DNA of 64,000 nt, taken from Actinomycetes bacterium (lineage in GTDB: Bacteria; Actinomycetota; Acidimicrobiia; Acidimicrobiales; JABEUL01). The position numbers were made by a program, and so were the translations under genes. This document shows positions 56,636 to 64,000 of this stretch, piece after piece. Each line of letters starts with the position of its first letter. Positions within the stretch are counted from its first letter, which is position 1. The notes beneath the pieces are model-generated. The model had not been told where the DNA came from, made no database searches, and saw only the letters and a program-made list of their open reading frames with translations. The stretch is taken from positions 22,278 to 86,277 of the forward strand of contig JAJZNL010000040.1 of the NCBI GenBank assembly GCA_021852345.1, in the 5' to 3' direction.

Positions 56636-56995
56636 ATGATAAATCCAACGATAAAAGATGATTTGTTGCATTTGGAAGTTGAAGGGTCAGACAAGTTATG
56701 GTCTCTAAAAGGACACCTTGACATTCCCTTAGTTCATATTAAAGGCGTTCGATTAGACTCAAACATTGCCAAAGAGCAATATCACGGAATTAAGTTAGGC
56801 GGAGCCCGAATTCCAAATGTAATTAAAGCTGGGACGTTTTTCGAAGACGGAACCAAGGTATTTTGGGATGTTCATAAGCCCGAGCTGGCCGTAGCTATTG
56901 AGCTTAACGACGAAAAATACTCTGAGTTGATAATAGAAGTCAGTCAACCCGAGCAGTTTGTTTTAGAGTTGAGTGAAAAACTAAAATCCATTTAA
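56636..56995 (+). CDS. Hypothetical small protein (possibly bacterial PH-domain-like)
   Basis: 119-aa ORF. 'GAGG' lies 9 nt upstream of the ATG. The family call is weak. Confidence 0.45.
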   Translation: MINPTIKDDLLHLEVEGSDKLWSLKGHLDIPLVHIKGVRLDSNIAKEQYHGIKLGGARIPNVIKAGTFFEDGTKVFWDVHKPELAVAIELNDEKYSELIIEVSQPEQFVLELSEKLKSI

Positions 56996-57090
56996 ACTAT
57001 TCTTATCGGTCGACCGTGTAGGCATGGTTAGCTTAGTTATGCAGTCTTTTTGCAAAAAAAGCTTAATGCAATCAGCTCGCATTAAGTTGC

Positions 57091-57096
57091 TATAAT
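57091..57096 (+). promoter_or_regulatory. Candidate -10 box (TATAAT) for a leaderless permease mRNA
   Basis: TATAAT ends 6 nt before ATG 57103 and there is no Shine-Dalgarno sequence. An 8-bp hairpin CTTAATGC-n9-GCATTAAG lies at 57062-57086. Confidence 0.4.
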
Positions 57097-57102
57097 TTAA
57101 GA

Positions 57103-58545
57103 ATGGCCCTCTTAAAACGAGCTGATTCAGATCAGCGGAATTTGGCACAACTGTTTGGATTTACAGATCTGGTTCCTCTATCTGTTTCTAGCGTAGGTCC
57201 GTTGTTTTCGGTTGCCGCAACTGGAGGGGTTATGGCCGCACAGGCAGGATGGTGGACACTGCCTGCCATACTTATATTGGCATTGCCTTTTATCGTTTCA
57301 AGTTTTGTGTTTAGGCTCATGAACCGTCATTTTCCCCATTCAGGTGCATCTTATCATTGGTCGGCAAAGATTGTTGGTAAAAAGGTCGCCAGTTATCAAG
57401 CCTGGATACTCATACTGGCATATTTCATGTCTATTCCGCCGATTGCAATTCCCGCCGGGAGCTATACCATTGCTTTGATTTTCCCCAATTCTCACCCCAA
57501 TCCGTTTGTTCAGACTTTGGCAACACTTTTTTGGATAATATTTGCTGCAATTCCGTTATTGATGGGATCAAAGCCCACGGCTACAATTACAAAGATATTT
57601 TTTACAATAGAGGTTCTGTCATTTGGGCTTTTGGTGATTTCGGGCATTGCTGAATTTCACAGTCTGTCAGTACCTATTCATTTTGGCTCCATTCCCATCG
57701 GCGGGATGTTGGTAGTTGCGGTGGTGGGAGCGACTATTTTAGATGGATGGGAGATTGATTCATATGCAGCCGAAGAGAGCAAGCGGCCTAGGGTGGATCC
57801 CGGCAAGGCCGGGATAGTAGGAGCTATTTTGGCATTTTGCTTCTATATATTCTTGTACCCACTAATGTTTGCTGAAACACCTTTATCAAAATTGGCTAAT
57901 TCATCTGACCCTTTAGCGCAATGGGGCATGAGACTTTTTCCTCATAGTCCGGCGGTAATTTTGATTCCAGTCATAGCATCGGCGGCGGGAGGACTTTGGC
58001 TGACAACGTTTATTCTTACGCGAGTTTTGTTCGCCATGGGACGAGAAAATATTATACCGTCGTCAATGGCAAAGCTTTCTAAAAAAAAGGTTCCGTACGT
58101 GGCCACCATACTCATCTTGATTGTGACGATGTTGGTATGTTCGGCGCAATTATTGTTTCACTCCTTAGGGACCTTTTTCGGTTTAGTGCTTTCAACGGCT
58201 GGATTTTTTCTTTTGGCAGAATTCTTTTTGGACTCCGTGGTTGCGACGATTTTTTTGATTACGGGTCACAAAAAACATCCGGATTCGGAGATTAATCTGC
58301 ATAAGCACCGCTTTTTGACTGCAGGTTCGATTTTTTCGTCGGTGACAATGGGCAGCCTGTTAATTACATTTTTTATATTCGGACCTAGAGCAATCGGAGC
58401 GGGGATAGATCAGACCTTGACGGTTATGCTTGTAATGGGTTTTGGATTTGCATATTTGGTTGGGAAAAAAGCTAAAACACTTTTTATATTTCACGGAAAT
58501 GAAGTTAAAGAAATTAAAGAAGTGCGTACAGTGGATGTGGTTTAA
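57103..58545 (+). CDS. APC-superfamily amino acid/polyamine permease
   Basis: 480 aa with about 12 TM segments. The N-terminal region is 'LVPLSVSSVGPLFSVAATGG'. Confidence 0.75.
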   Translation: MALLKRADSDQRNLAQLFGFTDLVPLSVSSVGPLFSVAATGGVMAAQAGWWTLPAILILALPFIVSSFVFRLMNRHFPHSGASYHWSAKIVGKKVASYQAWILILAYFMSIPPIAIPAGSYTIALIFPNSHPNPFVQTLATLFWIIFAAIPLLMGSKPTATITKIFFTIEVLSFGLLVISGIAEFHSLSVPIHFGSIPIGGMLVVAVVGATILDGWEIDSYAAEESKRPRVDPGKAGIVGAILAFCFYIFLYPLMFAETPLSKLANSSDPLAQWGMRLFPHSPAVILIPVIASAAGGLWLTTFILTRVLFAMGRENIIPSSMAKLSKKKVPYVATILILIVTMLVCSAQLLFHSLGTFFGLVLSTAGFFLLAEFFLDSVVATIFLITGHKKHPDSEINLHKHRFLTAGSIFSSVTMGSLLITFFIFGPRAIGAGIDQTLTVMLVMGFGFAYLVGKKAKTLFIFHGNEVKEIKEVRTVDVV

Positions 58546-58597
58546 ATATTAATACTAAATATTTTCTTCGATTTGAATTTGATTTCTCACTGATAGT

Positions 58598-58614
58598 GGT
58601 AATATAGTATTACC
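58598..58614. promoter_or_regulatory. Perfect palindrome abutting the bldD start codon (candidate operator; contains a -10-like TATAGT)
   Basis: GGTAATA-tag-TATTACC ends 1 nt before GTG 58615. A near BldD-box, TCAC-tgata-GTGG, lies at 58587-58599 (consensus TNAC-N5-GTNA, one mismatch). Confidence 0.4.
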
Positions 58615-59178
58615 GTGACGACAAATAAATCAACTAAGAAGAATACTGCCGCAGATGAGGTGGTTACCCCTAGAGCTTATGCAAATTCCTTGGGCAGCAG
58701 ATTAAGAGCCGTAAGGAAGCAGAAGCATCTTTCCCTGCAGGCAGTCGAGGCAATATCGGACCAGGAATTTAAGGCGTCGGTGTTAGGAGCCTATGAACGC
58801 GGAGAACGTGCCATCTCGGTACCCCGACTTCAGCGTCTTGCCACAATCTATTCTGTTCCGGTAGATCAACTTCTACCGAAAGATGAAAGTGTTTCCACCT
58901 TTGCCAGGAACAGGAATATTAATTCTGATACGGTCGAAAGTTTGGGGGAACCTTCGAAGATAACGATCGATTTGGTTAAGCTTAACTCTGTAAACGGACC
59001 CGAAAGAGACCTTCTAAGACATTACTTGGGGATGATTCAGTTGCAGCGTCAAGACTTTAATGGAAGAGTAATTACGATGAGGACCGATGATTTAAAGATC
59101 ATCGCCTCTCTGTTTGGGATGACGGCTCAATCAATGACTAAACGCTTAGAGGATCTTCAGCTGATAGTAAGACAGTAA
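58615..59178 (+). CDS. bldD: BldD-type developmental master regulator (XRE HTH plus c-di-GMP-binding C-terminal domain)
   Basis: The N-terminus 'LGSRLRAVRKQKHLSLQAVEAISDQEFKASVLGAYERGERAISVPRLQRLATIYSVPVDQLLP' closely parallels Streptomyces BldD as I recall it. The C-terminal domain carries 'RQD-FNGRVITM-RTDD', which fits the bipartite RxD-x8-RxxD c-di-GMP motif. Confidence 0.8.
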   Translation: MTTNKSTKKNTAADEVVTPRAYANSLGSRLRAVRKQKHLSLQAVEAISDQEFKASVLGAYERGERAISVPRLQRLATIYSVPVDQLLPKDESVSTFARNRNINSDTVESLGEPSKITIDLVKLNSVNGPERDLLRHYLGMIQLQRQDFNGRVITMRTDDLKIIASLFGMTAQSMTKRLEDLQLIVRQ

Positions 59179-59251
59179 ATAATGGGTATGGTTTAACACG
59201 AGATGCATTGTTATCCATTATACGTCGTTGGATTGTATTAAGATATTGTGT

Positions 59252-59470
59252 ATGGAAGTTGAAAGAAAATGGCTGGGAACATCCGAAGCATCCAAATATC
59301 TCGGTATTAACCTTAGAACTTTATATAGGTTGATAGATCAGGGGGAGTTCAGCGCATACAAGATCGGTAGAGTTATTCGTTTAAAAACAGAAGATCTAGA
59401 CAGCTTCTTAGAAAGAAGCAAAATACAACCCGGAACATTAGAGCATCTTCACTATGAAATTAAATCTTAG
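59252..59470 (+). CDS. Small Xis/excisionase-family (MerR-like, BldC-type) HTH DNA-binding protein
   Basis: 72 aa from ATG 59252. 'LGTSEASKYLGINLRTLYRLIDQGEFSAYKIGRVIRLKTEDLDSFL' fits the excisionase-family wHTH. TAAGAT lies 7 nt upstream with no SD, so the mRNA is possibly leaderless. The ORF-track TTG at 59228 is less likely. Confidence 0.7.
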   Translation: MEVERKWLGTSEASKYLGINLRTLYRLIDQGEFSAYKIGRVIRLKTEDLDSFLERSKIQPGTLEHLHYEIKS

Positions 59471-59487
59471 CTATGAAATTAAATCTT
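59452..59487. repeat. Direct duplication (2 x 17 nt, period 19) of the gene's last codons across its stop codon
   Basis: CTATGAAATTAAATCTT-ag-CTATGAAATTAAATCTT. The TAG stop lies at 59468-59470. Confidence 0.9.
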
Positions 59488-59597
59488 CAAAGGTAGATTT
59501 AAAGTTCGAATCCTTTTCTAAATGATTGACCGTGCGTCAATCTATTAAAATATTGTTGTTATGGTTTTAATTGTATTTAATTGTAATTGTCTAAAAG

Positions 59598-59942
59598 ATG
59601 AGTGACTGCCTTTTTTGCAATATAGTAAGCGGTGAAGTGCCCTCTAAGTCTGCGGGTGAGAATGAATTGGCTTTTGCTTTCTTCGATATAGCCCCCGTAG
59701 CGCCGATTCACATACTAATTGTTCCTAAAAAACATATTGAAAATATTAATGTTTTCGAAATCAAAGAGGCGGATTCATTGAGCCAAATGGTGAAATTAAG
59801 CCAAGAGCTTGCCTCTGAACATAACTTAACCGAGCGAGGATATAGATTGGTCTTTAATGTCGGTGATGATGCCGGAAATACCGTATCACATCTACATATG
59901 CATCTATTGGGCGGCAGAAGATTGGGTTGGCCTCCAGGTTGA
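59598..59942 (+). CDS. HIT-family nucleotide hydrolase/transferase
   Basis: 114 aa. Motifs are 'CLFCNIV' and the histidine triad 'HLHMHLLGG'. Confidence 0.9.
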   Translation: MSDCLFCNIVSGEVPSKSAGENELAFAFFDIAPVAPIHILIVPKKHIENINVFEIKEADSLSQMVKLSQELASEHNLTERGYRLVFNVGDDAGNTVSHLHMHLLGGRRLGWPPG

Positions 59943-60934
59943 GTACGCTGGATTCAGAAAAACTGTCATTAAGCGTCTCGTCTAATTTGGTAATGACGTC
60001 CCTAGTCGGACAACACGATTCCAATTTAAAGCAGATCGAAGCCAAATTTCCCGATACCCGTATCTTCGTACGCGGTAATGAAATATCTATCGTTGGAAAA
60101 GATTCAGTAAAGTTATTAAAACTTGTAAGTGAATTGGTAGAATTAATAGAAAATGGAGTACCGATTGGGAACGATGAAATTGGACGAGCCATAGATATGG
60201 TTCAGCTGGATCAAAAGCCGACCGAAGTTTTTTTAACGGAGGTCTCCCGTTCCTGGCGGGGCAAGGTAGTAAAACCAAAGACAGCTGGGCAAAAAAATTA
60301 TGCTGAAGCCATTGCCGAAAATACTATTACCTTTGGAATAGGTCCTGCGGGAACCGGAAAGTCCTATCTGGCCGTTGCCATGGCCGTGTCGGCGCTAAAA
60401 GAAAAAAAGGTGAATAGAATTATCTTGACCAGACCCGCAGTTGAAGCGGGCGAGAGATTAGGGTTTTTGCCTGGTGATTTAATGGCAAAAGTTGACCCAT
60501 ATCTAAGGCCGTTATATGATGCTCTTCAGGACCTGCTGGATTCGGAGGGTCTAATTCGGCTTATTGAAAAAGGAACAATAGAAGTTGCCCCGTTGGCGTA
60601 CATGAGAGGACGAACTTTAAACGACAGTTTTGTTATTTTAGATGAAGCACAAAATACCACCAAAGAACAGATGAAGATGTTCTTAACGAGGGTGGGATTT
60701 GGGTCTAAAGTTGTCATAACGGGAGATGTCACGCAGATTGATATACCTGGCGGAAGAAATTCCAGTGGTTTGGTACGCTTGGAGGAGATTTTGGGTAATG
60801 TCGAGTCCATTAAGTTCGTTCACCTAAACCAGGGCGACGTAGTAAGACATAAAATAGTTCAAGATATTGTTAAAGCCTATGAGAGTGCCGATAGGAATAG
60901 TTATGTCAAAAACGAACTCTCAGAAAATCAGTAA
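59927..60934 (+). CDS. phoH: PhoH-like ATPase
   Basis: Motifs are Walker A 'GPAGTGKSYLA' and 'VILDEAQN'. A TTG start overlaps the HIT gene end, so the start is uncertain. Confidence 0.9.
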   Translation: MASRLSTLDSEKLSLSVSSNLVMTSLVGQHDSNLKQIEAKFPDTRIFVRGNEISIVGKDSVKLLKLVSELVELIENGVPIGNDEIGRAIDMVQLDQKPTEVFLTEVSRSWRGKVVKPKTAGQKNYAEAIAENTITFGIGPAGTGKSYLAVAMAVSALKEKKVNRIILTRPAVEAGERLGFLPGDLMAKVDPYLRPLYDALQDLLDSEGLIRLIEKGTIEVAPLAYMRGRTLNDSFVILDEAQNTTKEQMKMFLTRVGFGSKVVITGDVTQIDIPGGRNSSGLVRLEEILGNVESIKFVHLNQGDVVRHKIVQDIVKAYESADRNSYVKNELSENQ

Positions 60935-60988
60935 AATCAATTTGCCAAATAAAATTGATAAATTTCTGTAACCTACCGGATAATCTCT

Positions 60989-61492
60989 GTGAACGACGAA
61001 AATAAAGACGAAGTTTTAATCGAACTTACAAACAGCGACACCGTGGATGTGGATTTAGATCGCCACAGAGGTTACGTTAAATGTTTACTGGATGTCTTAG
61101 ATTTAGCTGATAGCGTCGAAATCTACATAAATTTTGTACCGTCAAGCGAGATTCAAGAGCTAAATGAAACCTATTTGAAACATACGGGTCCCACGGATGT
61201 TTTGTCATTTCCAATTGAACCAGCCGAATATTTTTCGAATCGATTCGGGATTCTTTCGGGAAGGGAATTTCATAATAAAATATCTGGACACCTGCTGCTT
61301 GGGGACATATATATCTGTCCGACCTTCGTGAAAAATCAGGCATTTGAATTAAATGTAAGTTTTAATGACGAATTAGCGCTGTTGTTAGTTCACGGCCTTT
61401 TGCATCTTATGGGTTTGGATCATGAAGCAGATGATGAAGCTGAATTTATGGAAGAACTGGAGAGAAAACTGATTAAAAGATGCTATGTGTAA
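60989..61492 (+). CDS. ybeY: rRNA maturation endoribonuclease YbeY
   Basis: 167 aa with a GTG start. The zinc motif is 'HGLLHLMGLDH'. Confidence 0.9.
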   Translation: MNDENKDEVLIELTNSDTVDVDLDRHRGYVKCLLDVLDLADSVEIYINFVPSSEIQELNETYLKHTGPTDVLSFPIEPAEYFSNRFGILSGREFHNKISGHLLLGDIYICPTFVKNQAFELNVSFNDELALLLVHGLLHLMGLDHEADDEAEFMEELERKLIKRCYV

Positions 61493-61839
61493 AAATACGA
61501 ATTTCGATTGATTTACAAATTATTTTGTCAATCGATAATAACCGAATTCACTGAGGATAGTTTATAACAAATGGTGGAGTTGCGCTAAGGCAGAATATGA
61601 ACTTTTAGTTCCGGTAAATGCAAACAAAAAACCGAACAATAAAAATTCAAATCTGCTACATTAAATTTTAAGATAAATATTCTGTAAAACTTAAATCAAG
61701 AGACTAAATGCAGGAACATCAAATAACTAAAGTAGAGGAATTTGATTTAAGGGATTCTCGTTTTAATTTAAATACAACTACACATTACAAATACAATGAT
61801 GCTAATAAAGAGAAGACATTAATTAAAAAGACAACAGCT

Positions 61840-61900
61840 AGATATGATTAGTACAGCCAGATATGATTAGCAATGATTAGATATGATTAGAAATGACAAG
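61840..61900. repeat. Tandem repeat of an ATG-containing unit (AGATATGATTAG twice, then a 10-nt period x 4) running into the corC start codon
   Basis: AGATATGATTAG occurs at 61840 and 61859. ATATGATTAG, CAATGATTAG, ATATGATTAG and AAATGACAAG occupy 61861-61900. The true ATG is at 61893. Confidence 0.9.
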
Positions 61901-63215
61901 TAATATAGAAGTCTTTTCGTTGATCACCGGATCGGACATTTCTTTAATAGTAGTGTCTTTGTTGCTGTTTGTTCTGACCGGAATATTAGCTGTTGCCGAA
62001 ACTGCATTGGTCCGGACCAATCGGTCGAAGGCATTGGCTGGCGCAGATATTAAGTCACGAGGATCGCGAGCACTAGTGAGGCTCAGCTCTAAGCCCAGTG
62101 AGTTTTTGCCGTCAATTTTGTTTACCGTTTTTGTATGTCAGACGGTGGGAGCGACGTTGGTTGGGGTTGTCGTTGGCCACCTATTTGGCGGCGTCGGCGT
62201 TTTCGTAGTTACAACTTGCGAAGTTCTTTTGGTATTTGTTTTTGCCGAGGCCATTCCAAAGCATTGGGCAATAACTAATACCAGAAAAGCAGGACATATG
62301 GTGGCACCTGCAGTTGAACTTTTAATAAAGTTTCCGCTTTTATCTGTTTTGACGAAAATCTTAAATCGCATTTCTGGATTTTTTATAAAATCACACAGCG
62401 CAGAATCAAAAAATGTTTTGGAAATGGAGCTACTTGCGATGGCAGACGTGGCTTCCGAAGAACAGGTTATTGCAGATGAAGAGCGTGAGTTTATCCATTC
62501 CGTTATTGAGCTAGGTGACACCGTTGTTCGTGAAATTATGAAACCTAGAGCTGACATTATCGCGGTTCAAAAAGATGAATCCGTTGAGAATACAATGGAT
62601 CTGGCCATAAGCAAAGGATACTCGCGGCTTCCGGTTTATTCTAAAACTTTAGATGACATAAGTGGATTTGTAGTTACTTCGGATTTAATCAAATGTTTGC
62701 GTGAAGGCATAACAATAGATCCGGTGATCAAATTTGTTAGGCAAATAAAATTTGTGCCCGAAACTAAAAAAGTCTCAACTTTGCTTAAGGAGATGCAGCG
62801 AAAGAAATTTCATCTTTCAGTCGTCGTTGACGAGTATGGTTCAACTGTCGGTTTAGTGTCCCTAGAAGATATTATAGAGGAACTCTTAGGAGAAATTGTA
62901 GATGAAGATGACTATGAAGAACCAGAAATTATTAATGTCGGTCAAGATAAATACATAGTAGCTTCTATGATCTCCGTTGAAGACCTTAATGAGGCAATCG
63001 AGATTGCGTTACCAGAGGGGACTTGGGATACCTTGGGAGGTTTTGTGTTGGATGAGCTTGGTCATATACCGGACAAAGGAGAAACCATTGAGTTTGCCGG
63101 GGTAAAGGTAACAGTGGATAAAGTTGAAGGAACTAGAATTGCAAAACTTCTAGTTGAAAAACTTAAGACCGACTCTTCGGATTTTCAAGGCGATGACGAA
63201 GTGGCAAATGATTAA
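61893..63215 (+). CDS. DUF21-CBS-CorC/HlyC family transporter-associated protein (hemolysin-like)
   Basis: 440 aa. It has an N-terminal 4-TM DUF21 domain, a CBS pair ('VREIMKPRADI', 'LSVVVDEYGSTVGLVSLEDIIEEL') and a C-terminal CorC_HlyC domain. Confidence 0.85.
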   Translation: MTSNIEVFSLITGSDISLIVVSLLLFVLTGILAVAETALVRTNRSKALAGADIKSRGSRALVRLSSKPSEFLPSILFTVFVCQTVGATLVGVVVGHLFGGVGVFVVTTCEVLLVFVFAEAIPKHWAITNTRKAGHMVAPAVELLIKFPLLSVLTKILNRISGFFIKSHSAESKNVLEMELLAMADVASEEQVIADEEREFIHSVIELGDTVVREIMKPRADIIAVQKDESVENTMDLAISKGYSRLPVYSKTLDDISGFVVTSDLIKCLREGITIDPVIKFVRQIKFVPETKKVSTLLKEMQRKKFHLSVVVDEYGSTVGLVSLEDIIEELLGEIVDEDDYEEPEIINVGQDKYIVASMISVEDLNEAIEIALPEGTWDTLGGFVLDELGHIPDKGETIEFAGVKVTVDKVEGTRIAKLLVEKLKTDSSDFQGDDEVAND

Positions 63216-63239
63216 TAAAATGAACTTAAAAGGAGTTTA

Positions 63240-64000
63240 GTGAAGTCCGGGTTTGTAGCAATAGTGGGAAGAACTTCGGTGGGTAAATCTACTTTGGTTA
63301 ATAAGTTGGTCAAAACTAAAGTTTCAATAGTGGCCAGAAGTTCGAATACCACGCGAAATATCATTAGGGGAATAATAAATGGTCCGGATTATCAAATTGT
63401 GTTACAGGATACCCCAGGGCTTCACAGGTCCCATAACGAAATGGGCCACAGATTAAATGAGGCAGCGCTTACAGCAGTCTCAGACTACCCGGATGCAGTA
63501 TTGTTGGTAACCGATGCATACGGCGGGATAGGCTCTGGAGACATTAAACTTGCCAAAATGCTTCCCAAAGATACGATAGTCATTTTAAATAAGACCGATA
63601 AGCTTTCTAATCCCCAAATTACATTGCAATTGCTGGAGGCTTCAGAAAAATTAAGTTTCCTTTCTGAAGCTGAATTTATACCAGTTTCAGGGCGAAGTGG
63701 ATACAATTTGGATAATTTAAAACAGCTTTTAATAGACAGAATGCCCGAAGGTGAGAGATTCTTTGAGCAAGATACTGTAACTGACTTAATGGATGAGTTC
63801 AAGATTGCTGAAATTGTTCGCGAACAAGTTTTGAGGGTACTAAAGCAGGATCTGCCTCAGCACTTGGCTTGCAGAACAGTCGAATACGATCCTCCATTTT
63901 ATAGATGTGAAATTATAGTGGACAAAGATTCTCACAAGCCGATTATTTTGGGTAAAAACGGAAGTCGGTTGGGCGAAATACGAAGGGCAGCCGCATATAA
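63240..64000 (+). CDS. era: GTPase Era (3'-truncated by the window edge)
   Basis: GTG 63240 has AAAGGAG 5 nt upstream. My own translation gives 'GFVAIVGRTSVGKSTLVN' (G1), 'DTPG' (G3) and 'NKTD' (G4), then the start of the KH domain. The ORF is missing from the supplied track because it runs off the window. Confidence 0.9.
   Translation, partial: MKSGFVAIVGRTSVGKSTLVNKLVKTKVSIVARSSNTTRNIIRGIINGPDYQIVLQDTPGLHRSHNEMGHRLNEAALTAVSDYPDAVLLVTDAYGGIGSGDIKLAKMLPKDTIVILNKTDKLSNPQITLQLLEASEKLSFLSEAEFIPVSGRSGYNLDNLKQLLIDRMPEGERFFEQDTVTDLMDEFKIAEIVREQVLRVLKQDLPQHLACRTVEYDPPFYRCEIIVDKDSHKPIILGKNGSRLGEIRRAAAY

Noticed and set aside
61708-61851. 47-codon plus-strand ORF (MQEHQITKVEEFDL...) in the ybeY-corC spacer, ending in the first ATGATTAG repeat
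   Set aside because: Its composition is K/T/N-rich and of low complexity, the RBS is weak (AAGAG), and I see no homology. It might be translated, but I cannot support it.

Overview
A 64-kb chromosomal window from a low-GC member of the Actinomycetota. Ordinary coding lines count about 40% G+C by hand. The phylum call is an inference from Streptomyces-like synteny: yggS-sepF-yggT-divIVA; ileS / DksA-like / lspA / rluD; tig-clpP-clpX-folC-ndk-mreBCD-pbp2; leuB-ilvE-cimA; bldD; HIT-phoH-ybeY-corC-era. I can support about 55 protein genes and one tRNA-Pro(UGG). I found no rRNA, CRISPR array, intact transposase or recognisable defence system. Most of the content is housekeeping. Seven things stand out. 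(1) A GC-rich block of about 0.75 kb (17.82-18.56 kb) carries a truncated TnpB/IS605-OrfB-like ORF. Its 3' third looks like structured RNA rather than protein, and a 10-nt direct repeat brackets the block. (2) At least 16 short tandem direct-repeat arrays, each with its own unit sequence (2-6 copies of 9-19 nt), lie in spacers and at gene termini. Several run into start or stop codons. (3) A perfect 14-bp GC-rich hairpin sits inside a histone-H1-like/DksA-like (DdbA-type) gene, at the junction of its two domains. (4) A complete branched-chain-type ABC importer (LivH-LivM-LivF-LivG) is encoded as one 1252-aa polypeptide. (5) A 14-codon leader ORF ending in Val-Ile-Val-Ile-Ile, followed by two hairpins, precedes leuB-ilvE-cimA. 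(6) c-di-GMP components are present: a sensor-GAF-GGDEF-EAL protein with a degenerate EAL domain, a BldD orthologue with an intact RxD-x8-RxxD motif, and an adjacent Xis/BldC-type HTH gene. (7) A spacer of about 1 kb and about 20% G+C lies where gene orientation switches. All coordinates were derived by hand from the printed sequence. No database search or folding calculation was run.
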